Sequence record: LR215721.1
Reading direction: 5' to 3' (one strand)
Source of the DNA: Staphylococcus phage Stab22
DNA: 32,000 nt
Under the pieces are notes generated by a model. It was not told the DNA's origin. It made no database searches and was given only the letters and a program-made list of their open reading frames with translations. Position 1 is the first letter of the stretch. Every line of letters begins with the position of its first letter. Made by a program: the position numbers and the translations under genes. Below are positions 17,543 to 26,167 of this stretch, piece after piece.

Positions 17543-18100
17543 ATGACAGAAAGGGAAAAATTAGTTAAAGATATTGATGAGGCTAACAGAGATATTCAAA
17601 TTAGGTTAAAAGAAGTAGACGATTATAAGGATATTATACGCTCTAAGGGGACACGTAATTATGTATCTACAAAAGTATTAGATTCAATTATGGTAGGGTT
17701 AATTATAAGTTTCTTTATTCTTGTTATTCTACGTGTTATTGAGTATCTTGTAACAGGTAATGCTGTTTACTCACCTTTAGCACCTGCAGTTATTATTATG
17801 TTTGTTTTAGCACTAGGAACTTGGAAAGTAAGTAAGATGAATAAGATAGCATCTTACAGAGGAAGTATAAAGATGTATTGGGAGCTAAGTAATGCTGAAC
17901 AGAACATAGCTGAGATATTTAAGTATCCGGATGACGAAGTAGATATAGTAGCAAAGCATAAGTTGAGACAAATTACTTTCAGTGAGATAAATATACTTCA
18001 CTTTAAATATATGAAGTATAATAAGGCAGTAGAGAACCACACGAAATTATCCAAAGAACTTTTTAAAAAAGATAAAGAAACTGTTGACAAGAACAAATAA
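17543..18100 (+). CDS. Membrane protein, two TM segments
   Basis: VLDSIMVGLIISFFILVILRVIEYL and PLAPAVIIMFVLALGTW. Confidence 0.85.
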   Translation: MTEREKLVKDIDEANRDIQIRLKEVDDYKDIIRSKGTRNYVSTKVLDSIMVGLIISFFILVILRVIEYLVTGNAVYSPLAPAVIIMFVLALGTWKVSKMNKIASYRGSIKMYWELSNAEQNIAEIFKYPDDEVDIVAKHKLRQITFSEINILHFKYMKYNKAVENHTKLSKELFKKDKETVDKNK

Positions 18101-18112
18101 GTGTAGTATAGT
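18084..18112 (+). promoter_or_regulatory. Promoter TTGACA-17-TATAGT, -35 in the 3' end of the preceding CDS
   Basis: TTGACA 18084-18089, TATAGT 18107-18112. Confidence 0.85.
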
Positions 18113-18135
18113 ATTACTAAAGGAGGAAAGATATT

Positions 18136-18312
18136 ATGGTTATACCTAGTATTAAAGCACAAAACAAATTCAAGAATGAGTTAGGGTATTATAAGCAAGG
18201 TCACATCAGTGAAAGTGAAATGTTAGAATTAGCTTTTGACTACATTCAAGAGTTAGAACAAAATAATGAATACGTTACGAATATGCTAGAAGAGGAGAGA
18301 TATGGTGAGTAA
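18136..18312 (+). CDS. Hypothetical protein, 58 aa (not in track)
   Basis: AAGGAGG RBS; MVIPSIKAQNKFKNELGYYKQGHISESEMLELAFDYIQELEQNNEYVTNMLEEERYGE; overlaps the next ATG (18302). Confidence 0.75.
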   Translation: MVIPSIKAQNKFKNELGYYKQGHISESEMLELAFDYIQELEQNNEYVTNMLEEERYGE

Positions 18313-18553
18313 ATTTCTTGGAGTGTACTTATTTAATTTATTAGTAGTAGCATTAATTTATACAGTAGGGTTTTTATTCTTTTATGGTGTATCTAGTTTA
18401 GTTATTCTTATAACACATGCTACGATTGACCCATTTGTATTAGCTACTTTCTTAGGAATAGGATTCTTGGTTATTAGAACAGCACACAGAATTATGGTAC
18501 GAGTAGTAAATGACGCAGTAGCCCAAGCCATTAAGGATAAAGAAAATGAATAA
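18302..18553 (+). CDS. Membrane protein, 83 aa
   Basis: Two hydrophobic segments. Confidence 0.8.
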   Translation: MVSKFLGVYLFNLLVVALIYTVGFLFFYGVSSLVILITHATIDPFVLATFLGIGFLVIRTAHRIMVRVVNDAVAQAIKDKENE

Positions 18554-18566
18554 AGGGGAATTTATT

Positions 18567-18779
18567 ATGGATAAAACATTACCAAAGTTTAGTGTATATG
18601 AAGTTATTGTAAAGACTGTAATTATGACACCAACAGAAGGAAGTTCTAACCGAGAATCATTTTACTTTTCAACTCAACAGTTAGCAGAGAGATTTGTTAA
18701 GGAAAACCAAGCAGAAACAAAAGAGGGTAAACGTGTATCTTTTTCTATTAAAGAACGTAAAGTAAACCAATCAAGCTAA
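18567..18779 (+). CDS. Hypothetical small protein
   Basis: Track start 18546. ATG 18567 (MDKTLPKFSVYEVIVKTVIM) has AGGGG upstream and avoids overlap. Confidence 0.65.
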   Translation: MDKTLPKFSVYEVIVKTVIMTPTEGSSNRESFYFSTQQLAERFVKENQAETKEGKRVSFSIKERKVNQSS

Positions 18780-18801
18780 CATTAATTTGTTAGCTTTTTT
18801 T
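18773..18801 (+). terminator. Rho-independent terminator containing the preceding stop codon in its stem
   Basis: AAGCTAAC(18773-18780)-attaattt-GTTAGCTT(18789-18796) TTTT. Confidence 0.85.
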
Positions 18802-18802
18802 A

Positions 18803-18831
18803 TTGACAAATCGTTTTATATAGTGTATAGT
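18803..18831 (+). promoter_or_regulatory. Promoter TTGACA-17-TATAGT
   Basis: TTGACA 18803-18808, TATAGT 18826-18831. Confidence 0.88.
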
Positions 18832-18859
18832 AATATTATACTGAAAAGGAGGAATTATT

Positions 18860-19504
18860 ATGAAAGTTTCAGAAGAAGTAAAACAGAGTTACTTAGAGAA
18901 TAAATCTAATACTAAGATGGATAAGATAAGTTGGTCTGAGTTAAGGTCTAGTCCTGCGGGTAGAACATTAGGAGAATTAATATACCTTAGTGTAGTCGTA
19001 ATAAATAATATCATAGCTATAGCATTAACATTAATTCTTGGAGGTATTATCAAAGATTTAACAGATAGTACTTTAGTAAAAATAGTAAGTATGCTACTTG
19101 TTATTATCATTGTATATGGTATACTATCAGCTTTAATACCTATACTTATATTTAAATCTGTATTTCCTGGTTGGGAATATACTGAATGGAATAATTCTTA
19201 TTATTTGAGATTACCCGGAGAAAAAGATTATAAATACTATAGCTACTGGTATTTAAATTTATTAGGTGTTACTGAGTTTTATCGGACAAATGATGAAGGT
19301 AAAGAAATTAAAGAAACTAGTTTAAGTTGGGTTTTTTATACTAAGGTTGATAGACCTGAGGATATTAACCATTGGAAAAATCAATTAATAACTAACAGAC
19401 CTTTAACAATTTCCGAGTACAAAAAACTAAAGAAACTAGATAAAGAAAGTGAAATTAGAAAGAAAGAAGATTTAGAAGAGTATCAAAGATACAATAATTT
19501 ATAG
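18860..19504 (+). CDS. Membrane protein with two TM segments and a soluble C-terminal region
   Basis: VVVINNIIAIALTLILGGII and LVKIVSMLLVIIIVYGILSALIPILIF. Confidence 0.85.
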   Translation: MKVSEEVKQSYLENKSNTKMDKISWSELRSSPAGRTLGELIYLSVVVINNIIAIALTLILGGIIKDLTDSTLVKIVSMLLVIIIVYGILSALIPILIFKSVFPGWEYTEWNNSYYLRLPGEKDYKYYSYWYLNLLGVTEFYRTNDEGKEIKETSLSWVFYTKVDRPEDINHWKNQLITNRPLTISEYKKLKKLDKESEIRKKEDLEEYQRYNNL

Positions 19505-19518
19505 GAGGTGAGAAACCA

Positions 19519-19767
19519 ATGATAAGTTCATTTGATAGTGTATTACTTGTAATATACATTATTATAGCTTTTGCAGTAGCTATGGCAATACTTTATTTAG
19601 TATTTAAAGGTATGGCTATTCTATTAGATAAACTAATGATGTTATTATTAAGTAAAACTACTCTAGATGTAAAAGCTTGCTCTGTAATAGTGTCAGGCAT
19701 CATTACAATTGTGTTTGGGATTATTGTACTTTTAATAGGGCTAGCGGTAAACAATATTTTATTATAA
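19519..19767 (+). CDS. Membrane protein, 82 aa
   Basis: Highly hydrophobic; GGAGGTGAG RBS. Confidence 0.8.
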   Translation: MISSFDSVLLVIYIIIAFAVAMAILYLVFKGMAILLDKLMMLLLSKTTLDVKACSVIVSGIITIVFGIIVLLIGLAVNNILL

Positions 19768-19778
19768 GGAGTTTTACT

Positions 19779-19955
19779 ATGGATTTTAATGACTTTATAA
19801 ACAGTGAATCTGATAGGGTAGGTAAACCTAAACAAAAGAAGAAGGTAGAAAATAAACTACCTTCTTCTACTCCTATTGAAGAAAAGGAAGAAATGTTGAA
19901 AAGAATAAGAGAGAAATCATTATATATTGATTTAAGGAGAAAAAGAAATGACTAA
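19779..19955 (+). CDS. Small hypothetical protein MDFNDFINSESDRVGKPKQ... (start corrected from 19677)
   Basis: AAGGAG at 19766-19771 before ATG 19779. The upstream track extension overlaps the 19519 CDS. Confidence 0.75.
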   Translation: MDFNDFINSESDRVGKPKQKKKVENKLPSSTPIEEKEEMLKRIREKSLYIDLRRKRND

Positions 19956-20244
19956 GGGAACAAATGTACTTTACAAAGATAAGTATAGAGGTTATACTAT
20001 AGTTGTGAGACTAGCAGGTAATATTATTGTTACTGAAGTAACTAAGAAAAATAAAACAAAATTTTCACCTATCATATTTGATAATGGTCGAGAAGGTGTA
20101 GAACTTGTAATGCGTGTAGGTTCAGAAGAGCTTGATATGAAAGAACTTAGAGAGTTTACTAAAGAGGTAGCAACAGCTCAGAAAGCTTTAGAATATTTTA
20201 ATAAAAAACTTTACATTAAAGGGTTGACAGATGGAATATTTTAG
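19948..20244 (+). CDS. Hypothetical protein, 98 aa
   Basis: ORF overlaps the upstream stop. Confidence 0.8.
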   Translation: MTKGTNVLYKDKYRGYTIVVRLAGNIIVTEVTKKNKTKFSPIIFDNGREGVELVMRVGSEELDMKELREFTKEVATAQKALEYFNKKLYIKGLTDGIF

Positions 20245-20252
20245 TATATACT
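20224..20252 (+). promoter_or_regulatory. Promoter TTGACA-17-TATACT within the 3' end of the preceding CDS
   Basis: TTGACA 20224-20229, TATACT 20247-20252. Confidence 0.85.
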
Positions 20253-20291
20253 AAGAGTATAAATAAAAAAAAGAAAAGAGGAATGATTATT

Positions 20292-20474
20292 ATGTTATTA
20301 GGAATTTTATGGTTTATATGGGGATTTGTATCTTATTTTGTAGTGATGCTTGGGATTGAATTTTATAAAGATAGATGGACACTAGGCGTTATTGGAGCAG
20401 GAGCAGTACTGATATTCTTATTTTGGATTATGAAGTCTATCCACAACGCTATGACATTAGTATACTTGTATTAG
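20292..20474 (+). CDS. Membrane protein, about 60 aa
   Basis: LLGILWFIWGFVSYFVVMLGIEFY...; track start is 20283, start choice uncertain. Confidence 0.7.
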   Translation: MLLGILWFIWGFVSYFVVMLGIEFYKDRWTLGVIGAGAVLIFLFWIMKSIHNAMTLVYLY

Positions 20475-20486
20475 GAGGTAATATAG

Positions 20487-20855
20487 ATGAATATATTAGT
20501 TATCCATTATGAAGACACAAATAAACGAGTTCTAAAAGAAACAATAAAAACAATACAAAACCAATTAAATGATGAACATGGTTTGGTTAAAATGACAGCA
20601 ACAAAACTTAGTAGAAAAGCTATAGAAGAGGATTTTAATGATTACAATATAGTTATTGCAGAAAATGACCCTGGTAGTTTTTACAACTATGGAGAGGCAG
20701 TAGAGGAAGCGGATTTTGTTATAGATATACCAATTTCATATTTAGATATACATGCAGGTGTAGAGTGGGATGTAGATAATCCTGTAGATATGTTAGATAG
20801 GAACCCTGATTTTATAGAAGCTATGAGTCAATTAAACGAGGACTTAATGTTATAA
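20487..20855 (+). CDS. Hypothetical protein, 122 aa
   Basis: ORF with AGGAGG-type RBS; N-terminus resembles the 24821 ORF. Confidence 0.8.
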   Translation: MNILVIHYEDTNKRVLKETIKTIQNQLNDEHGLVKMTATKLSRKAIEEDFNDYNIVIAENDPGSFYNYGEAVEEADFVIDIPISYLDIHAGVEWDVDNPVDMLDRNPDFIEAMSQLNEDLML

Positions 20856-20867
20856 GGAGGAAATAAA

Positions 20868-21215
20868 ATGTTAAATGAAAAACTAAAAAATTTAGAAGAT
20901 ACAAAAGTGTATATGATTAATAGTATTGCAAGTTTACTAAGTGCAAGTACAGGTAATTTAAGTAAAGTATTTTTTGATGAGGGGGATATTAAAATTGTAA
21001 GTGGTGATATTAAAGCAGTAGAAGTTATTGATAACTTAGTTCACCCTCATTCAGGACGTTTACCTATTAAAACAACAGAACGTATTGCTCTCGGTAGATT
21101 AACAGATTCTTTACAGTTTGTTATTTCAGAAATAGAAGTGGTTAAAGACCAAATCACAGATGAGGAAAACCAAGCTTACATTGATTTTGTGATGGAAGAC
21201 TGGAATTGGGATTAA
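20868..21215 (+). CDS. Hypothetical protein, 115 aa
   Basis: AAGGAGG RBS. Confidence 0.8.
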   Translation: MLNEKLKNLEDTKVYMINSIASLLSASTGNLSKVFFDEGDIKIVSGDIKAVEVIDNLVHPHSGRLPIKTTERIALGRLTDSLQFVISEIEVVKDQITDEENQAYIDFVMEDWNWD

Positions 21216-21493
21216 TGCCTATGGACTTAATGACAATAGCTTCTGTTGCCTTTATAGCTGTCGTTATCATTGATTTACTTAATGATGACATGAGCTATAT
21301 ATTAACAGGTATTGCAATACTAATAAACATTTGGGCAGGTTTTTATGAATGGTACTTTTTACTACAAGCAGGTATGCTACTTTTCTTACTCTTAGCTAGA
21401 AAAGGTAAAGATGCCAAAGAATCTATAGTATACTCAGGTGCTTCGATATTATGTGTACTAGGGATGATAGTAAATCTTCTTGTATTTTCTTAA
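21206..21493 (+). CDS. Membrane protein, 95 aa
   Basis: Several hydrophobic segments. Confidence 0.8.
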   Translation: MGLMPMDLMTIASVAFIAVVIIDLLNDDMSYILTGIAILINIWAGFYEWYFLLQAGMLLFLLLARKGKDAKESIVYSGASILCVLGMIVNLLVFS

Positions 21494-21502
21494 AAATAAG
21501 TG

Positions 21503-21531
21503 TTGACATTTCTAAACTTTTGTATTATACT
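21503..21531 (+). promoter_or_regulatory. Promoter TTGACA-17-TATACT
   Basis: TTGACA 21503-21508, TATACT 21526-21531. Confidence 0.88.
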
Positions 21532-21562
21532 ATAAGTATAACAAGTACAGGAGATGATTAAT

Positions 21563-21868
21563 ATGAGTAAAGAAACAATCAGAAGACAATTTTCAAATGC
21601 AATTGAGATTATGGCAACAACTAAGGAATGGTGGAATTTCCCTAAAAGCTTTAATACAAATAAAGAGTTTAAAATTAAAACTTTTAAAAATGACACACTG
21701 GTATTTGAAGTTAGAGAAGGTAATAGAAACTTAGGAAGCTTTGTAGTTTTCACATGTATTGACTTTGATTATGATAAACTTGAAGGTACTTCAACACAAT
21801 ACATGATTAATTACTTTGCTAAGAAATTAACTAAAGATATGTTTAACTATCATAAGTTACAATTATAA
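21563..21868 (+). CDS. Hypothetical protein, start corrected from 21554
   Basis: AGGAG 21549-21553 favours ATG 21563 (MSKETIRRQFSNAIEIM). Confidence 0.8.
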   Translation: MSKETIRRQFSNAIEIMATTKEWWNFPKSFNTNKEFKIKTFKNDTLVFEVREGNRNLGSFVVFTCIDFDYDKLEGTSTQYMINYFAKKLTKDMFNYHKLQL

Positions 21869-21882
21869 TTGGAGGTGGAAAG

Positions 21883-22233
21883 ATGAGAGAAGAGTTAAAA
21901 CCTTTTAATAGGAAGCAAGTTAATGTTAAAGGGTACTTAGATGATGTAAAACACTCAAAGCGTAGAAGGCATAAAGGCAATCAGCATGGATGTGTAAAAA
22001 TCACAGTTACTGATGTAAAGATTAACGGTATACCGATTGACCATGTTAATATTGAAGTAGGTATTTCATTTTATGAAAAACTTAAAGAGTTACAGGGTAA
22101 AAGAATTCAATTTGTAGGTACTGTTTACAAGTACGTTAAACATGCTAGAGGACATAAAGGTAGAATTAAAGGATTTTATAAAGAGGACTATAGCGTAACT
22201 TTAGATAAGAAGTTACAAAAGGAGGAAAAATAA
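21883..22233 (+). CDS. Hypothetical basic protein, 116 aa
   Basis: GGAGGTGG RBS. Confidence 0.8.
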   Translation: MREELKPFNRKQVNVKGYLDDVKHSKRRRHKGNQHGCVKITVTDVKINGIPIDHVNIEVGISFYEKLKELQGKRIQFVGTVYKYVKHARGHKGRIKGFYKEDYSVTLDKKLQKEEK

Positions 22234-22616
22234 TGGTTAAAATCAAAACTAAGAAACAACTAAACTTACCACAGTTGATTGAGTGGGCGTGGGATAACGA
22301 TATTAGAGATAGAGTATTTAAGACTCCTAAAGATAAAAGAGGAGTATTTTATGAAGTTTCTTTTTCTGAAGAAGGCACTTTTTATGCTGACGATGAATTA
22401 AGACATGATGACACTTTCACTATTGAAGTCGAGGAAGAAATTACAGAGAATACAGTGATACCTAAAATGTTGGTCATAGGTAGGTTTGATGGGTATGAGG
22501 AAGTGTACAATCAAAAACTAAGCTCTTTTAATCAACATTTACTAAGTGCTTACTTAATTCACGATGACGGGTATATGGAGTTAATATATGACGAAGTTAA
22601 AGGGTTGGTGAAGTAG
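22233..22616 (+). CDS. Hypothetical protein, 127 aa
   Basis: Start overlaps the previous stop; AAGGAGGAAAAA upstream. Confidence 0.8.
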   Translation: MVKIKTKKQLNLPQLIEWAWDNDIRDRVFKTPKDKRGVFYEVSFSEEGTFYADDELRHDDTFTIEVEEEITENTVIPKMLVIGRFDGYEEVYNQKLSSFNQHLLSAYLIHDDGYMELIYDEVKGLVK

Positions 22617-22796
22617 ATGTCTGAATGGTATGCCTTATGTTATTATGATAAAGTAGGTAAAAAGAAAAAACCTAAGCAAGTTAGAGCACATAGAGATATT
22701 TCAGTATTAGAAGAATTAAAAGAGAGACTAGAAGAAAGAAACCCTAACACAGAGTACGCTATAAAAACAACAAAAGAATTTGATAAGGAGAGATAG
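22617..22796 (+). CDS. Hypothetical protein, 59 aa (not in track)
   Basis: MSEWYALCYYDKVGKKKKPKQVRAHRDISVLEELKERLEERNPNTEYAIKTTKEFDKER; abuts the preceding stop. Confidence 0.7.
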   Translation: MSEWYALCYYDKVGKKKKPKQVRAHRDISVLEELKERLEERNPNTEYAIKTTKEFDKER

Positions 22797-22798
22797 AA

Positions 22799-22867
22799 AT
22801 GCTGACACCGGAACAATGGACTACGTTAAAAGAGCAACAAAAAAAATTAAGTAAAAAGAAGAAATAA
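22799..22867 (+). CDS. Possible micro-ORF MLTPEQWTTLKEQQKKLSKKKK
   Basis: AAGGAGAG upstream of ATG 22799; 22 aa. Confidence 0.4.
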   Translation: MLTPEQWTTLKEQQKKLSKKKK

Positions 22868-22870
22868 CTG

Positions 22871-22899
22871 TTGACAAATGAGTGTACATAGGTTATACT
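22871..22899 (+). promoter_or_regulatory. Promoter TTGACA-17-TATACT
   Basis: TTGACA 22871-22876, TATACT 22894-22899. Confidence 0.88.
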
Positions 22900-22930
22900 T
22901 AAGTTAACAAATAAAGAGGAGGTATGACCT

Positions 22931-23005
22931 ATGTTATTTATAGTTTTTTGCTTAGCAGTATTCTTTGTATTAGGATTTATTAACGGATGGAACTCAGAAG
23001 ACTAA
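22931..23005 (+). CDS. Tiny predicted membrane peptide MLFIVFCLAVFFVLGFINGWNSED (24 aa)
   Basis: GAGGAGG 7-8 nt upstream and located just downstream of a strong promoter; not in track. Confidence 0.6.
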   Translation: MLFIVFCLAVFFVLGFINGWNSED

Positions 23006-23012
23006 AAAAGGA

Positions 23013-23432
23013 GTGGTTAAAGTGAAGTTGGAAGATAAAGTATTAGAGAGAATTGATTCCCTTGGAGGTAAGTTAGGTGATATTAGCCAACATGCTTGGG
23101 GAGCACTAGTAAAGTACCAAGTTGTATATGGTATTGTAGACCTTATATCAGGGATTGTAATTATAGCATTAACTATATTTTTATGGAAGGTATTTATTAA
23201 CCAATACAAAAAGGTAAATGATACAGATAGAGATGATGATTATAGTATACTATTTGAAAACTTTGGAGATTTAACAGGTTTAGGTTTGACCTATGTAATA
23301 GTTACATCAATCATATCAGTAGGTGCATTTATTTACTTAATATATGGAATACCTATGGATATTCTAAGAATACTGAACCCTGAAGTATTTGCAGTAAAAG
23401 ATTTAATCGAACAAGCTAAAGGAGGAAAATAA
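23013..23432 (+). CDS. Membrane protein, 139 aa
   Basis: Two or more TM segments (IVDLISGIVIIALTIFLW; LTYVIVTSIISVGAFIYLIYGI). Confidence 0.8.
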   Translation: MVKVKLEDKVLERIDSLGGKLGDISQHAWGALVKYQVVYGIVDLISGIVIIALTIFLWKVFINQYKKVNDTDRDDDYSILFENFGDLTGLGLTYVIVTSIISVGAFIYLIYGIPMDILRILNPEVFAVKDLIEQAKGGK

Positions 23433-23433
23433 T

Positions 23434-23727
23434 ATGAAACAAAGAGATTTTGAATTTGAAGAGGATTTTGTACTAGCATATGAGTGTGAGGATTGTAAAC
23501 ATTATGAAGATTGGGGTTACGATGAAGAGCCTGAAGAATGCAGTGAATGTGGAAGCAGTGACTTAATTAATAATACAAGCCATGAAAACACTGAGTGCGA
23601 TATGTGTAAAGGTTATATTGATATGTGGCAAGATGGCTATAGATATATGGGAGATAATAAAGAATATCTTGAAAAAGAAGATTCAGGTTTAATTTGTGAA
23701 GATTGTTATGAGAAACTAGATATTTAA
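23434..23727 (+). CDS. Putative zinc-binding protein
   Basis: CxxC pairs: CEDC, CSEC, CDMC, CEDC. Confidence 0.75.
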   Translation: MKQRDFEFEEDFVLAYECEDCKHYEDWGYDEEPEECSECGSSDLINNTSHENTECDMCKGYIDMWQDGYRYMGDNKEYLEKEDSGLICEDCYEKLDI

Positions 23728-23743
23728 TAAGGAGGAAATTAAA

Positions 23744-24031
23744 ATGAATAAAGCAGTAGAACAAGCAAGTAATGCATTAGGGCAAGGATTTTCAGCCATG
23801 GTATGGCATCAAGTATTAGTAGGATTAGGTTTTATTTTATTAGGATTGGTATTATCTTTACTAGTTTGGGTATTAGTGAAGAAATTCCATGTACCTTTTA
23901 AACACCCAACAGCATTTGTAGTATATTCAATTATGTTAGTTAGTATTGTTGCTAGTTTTATTTGGGGCGGTTTACATGTAATTAACCCTGAGTACTATGC
24001 TATTTTAGAACTTAAAGGATTTATAAAGTAG
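23744..24031 (+). CDS. Membrane protein, 95 aa
   Basis: VLVGLGFILLGLVLSLLVWVLV and FVVYSIMLVSIVASFIWGG. Confidence 0.8.
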   Translation: MNKAVEQASNALGQGFSAMVWHQVLVGLGFILLGLVLSLLVWVLVKKFHVPFKHPTAFVVYSIMLVSIVASFIWGGLHVINPEYYAILELKGFIK

Positions 24032-24078
24032 ATGGAGCCTTAAAGGGCTTCAAAAATAAATAGGAGGTTTAATAAAAA

Positions 24079-24744
24079 ATGAGTATTGAATTAAAAAAAT
24101 GGGAAGAAATTATTAATAAACAAGAAGAAATTGGTGGGTGCCCTAAAAAGGCTAAGATATCCTTTACAGGTAATAAAGACTGTCAATCATTTAAAGATAG
24201 CCTTACTGATGAGGAAGGAATCATATTCTATGTACAAAATGAAAAACTAGAGGTAGCCAGTTCAATCGTTGTACTAGCTAATGGTGAAGTTATTGTTACA
24301 ACTGACAGTACCGTAACTCATGATACTATACCTGATGATTTTGAAACTTCGGAAGAGTCTGTTGTGGAGTTTTTAGATAATTTATATATGAAAGCTACAG
24401 AAGAGTACTATAGTTGGTTACAATTACAATTAGTTGGTACTCAGCAGGAAGACAAATTACCAGGAGTCATTGCAGAATTATCAAGAGGTCTTAGAGTAGG
24501 TAGTTTTACTATCAATGACCGAAATATGCTCATTCAAAGAAGAAAAGTAAGTATACATTTACCTGAGGGATACTTAATTGTTATTGAATACTCTAAGGAT
24601 GAAGATAGACATGTTATAGATACTAAGTTACAAAATTCTGAAGGTACACTTATTAATCGTATTATTAAAACAGATATTACGTATGATGGATTAGGTCATT
24701 TAACTAATACCTTAGAGAGTATTGTAGAACCAATTTCATTATAA
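24079..24744 (+). CDS. Hypothetical protein, 221 aa
   Basis: TAGGAGG RBS. Confidence 0.8.
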   Translation: MSIELKKWEEIINKQEEIGGCPKKAKISFTGNKDCQSFKDSLTDEEGIIFYVQNEKLEVASSIVVLANGEVIVTTDSTVTHDTIPDDFETSEESVVEFLDNLYMKATEEYYSWLQLQLVGTQQEDKLPGVIAELSRGLRVGSFTINDRNMLIQRRKVSIHLPEGYLIVIEYSKDEDRHVIDTKLQNSEGTLINRIIKTDITYDGLGHLTNTLESIVEPISL

Positions 24745-24752
24745 AAAAGTTT

Positions 24753-24783
24753 AAGAAACCTATTGACATTAGGTTTCTTTTAT
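24753..24783 (+). terminator. Rho-independent terminator with a -35 box in its loop
   Basis: AAGAAACCTA(24753-24762)-ttgacat-TAGGTTTCTT(24770-24779) TTATT. Confidence 0.88.
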
Positions 24784-24791
24784 TGTATACT
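24763..24791 (+). promoter_or_regulatory. Promoter TTGACA-17-TATACT with -35 in the terminator loop
   Basis: TTGACA 24763-24768, TATACT 24786-24791. Confidence 0.85.
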
Positions 24792-24820
24792 AAGATTATA
24801 AGAAATAAGGAGGTTAACTT

Positions 24821-25126
24821 ATGAAAGGTATTATTATATTTTATAAAGAAGAAAATAAACACATCCTAAAGGAACTTTTAGAATTCATTAACACAACAGC
24901 AAAAGGGTTATCTTATACTACAGAAGGTACATTAGTCGATAACGATATCGTTTTACTTGAAGATAATAATATGGGTAAATATAACTTGAGACAGTTTAGT
25001 CAGACAAATAATAGTTTAGTTGTAGGATTATTAAGTAAATCACGTGATGATGTTCATTATTACGAAAAAGGGGATTCCTACGGTATAAGTATCTTGGATG
25101 AGTATTTAAAGGAGATGAGTCAATAG
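24821..25126 (+). CDS. Hypothetical protein, 101 aa
   Basis: GGAGG RBS; N-terminus resembles the 20487 ORF. Confidence 0.8.
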   Translation: MKGIIIFYKEENKHILKELLEFINTTAKGLSYTTEGTLVDNDIVLLEDNNMGKYNLRQFSQTNNSLVVGLLSKSRDDVHYYEKGDSYGISILDEYLKEMSQ

Positions 25127-25533
25127 TGGAAAATGTATTTTTTGTTTTAGGGTTAGTAATGCTAATATTATGTTTAGTCGGTCTTGCCATTATTAAAGTC
25201 CTAGAAACAAGACTAAAGAAAAAAGAACTAAGAGAAGAACGAGAATATTTTGATACTCCGGAACTAAGTAAACCAGGTCATACAGGTTATGTTGAAAGTA
25301 AATATGCTTTGATTCATAAAGAATCAAGTAAAATAATAATAAGTGCAAATAAAAGTACAGTTATGAATACATTACAAAAAATGTATGGCTTAGAACTAAC
25401 ATCTGTAGATGTTTCTGAGGTTAAAGGACTAACCCCTTTCGGAGGTCATACAGAGAATATGGTATTACTTTCATACAAATTAGAAAGAGAAGGGCTCTAT
25501 AAATTAATTGAGCTTAATAAGGAGGAGAAGTAA
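25126..25533 (+). CDS. Membrane-anchored protein, 135 aa
   Basis: N-terminal TM VFFVLGLVMLILCLVGLAIIKVL. Confidence 0.8.
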   Translation: MENVFFVLGLVMLILCLVGLAIIKVLETRLKKKELREEREYFDTPELSKPGHTGYVESKYALIHKESSKIIISANKSTVMNTLQKMYGLELTSVDVSEVKGLTPFGGHTENMVLLSYKLEREGLYKLIELNKEEK

Positions 25534-25535
25534 TT

Positions 25536-25853
25536 ATGAAAGCAAAGTCAATAGAACGATTTTTTCAAGACAAGGTATTACAAATAGAAGGGTATAAAGT
25601 ACGTTTTTCACAAGCTAGTTCAACATATATTTTAGACATAGATATGATAGATGAATCAGTATTGTTTTTAGATACTGTAGTTTTCACCTTATCAGGTAAG
25701 TACTTATTAGATACACAGATTACGATTAATAAACCTGAAACACTAAGCCCTAATGAATTATACACAGAGATTAGTAATAATTTACAAGATATTATAGGAG
25801 ACCAAACTAAAACAAATATAGAGCTATCAAAATACTTTAAAGAGGTAAAATAA
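25536..25853 (+). CDS. Hypothetical protein, 105 aa
   Basis: AAGGAGG RBS. Confidence 0.8.
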   Translation: MKAKSIERFFQDKVLQIEGYKVRFSQASSTYILDIDMIDESVLFLDTVVFTLSGKYLLDTQITINKPETLSPNELYTEISNNLQDIIGDQTKTNIELSKYFKEVK

Positions 25854-25872
25854 ATAAGTTTATAAATAACTG

Positions 25873-25901
25873 TTGACAGCAGGTATTTATTATAGTATAC
25901 T
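25873..25901 (+). promoter_or_regulatory. Promoter TTGACA-17-TATACT
   Basis: TTGACA 25873-25878, TATACT 25896-25901. Confidence 0.88.
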
Positions 25902-25930
25902 TAAGATATAAAGAAAAAGGAGAGGTTAAC

Positions 25931-26134
25931 ATGAATAACAAACAAATTGAAAGATTACACAGGAAATCAAATGAGGTAGTAAGTAAATCAGAAGGTATTG
26001 AAGACTTAGGTTATGTACAAGCACATAAGATTATTAAGGAGTACCTTGATTTACCAGTGTCTGATTTTGAAAAGAGAGATGTAATGACTGAATTACTATT
26101 AGCGTTAGATAAAGCTAACAAAACATTAGACTAA
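25931..26134 (+). CDS. Hypothetical protein, 67 aa
   Basis: AGGAGAGG upstream. Confidence 0.75.
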   Translation: MNNKQIERLHRKSNEVVSKSEGIEDLGYVQAHKIIKEYLDLPVSDFEKRDVMTELLLALDKANKTLD

Positions 26135-26167
26135 TTAGGATTTATATTATAAAGGAGGAAATTACAA

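Noticed and set aside
19677-19778. N-terminal extension of ORF 19677-19955
   Set aside because: Overlaps the 19519-19767 CDS out of frame, and the SD supports ATG 19779.
18889-25765. Minus-strand ORFs 18889-19110, 19593-19835, 21490-21753, 22994-23209, 23567-23764, 24996-25190, 25565-25765
   Set aside because: All opposite to packed + strand genes that have SD sites.
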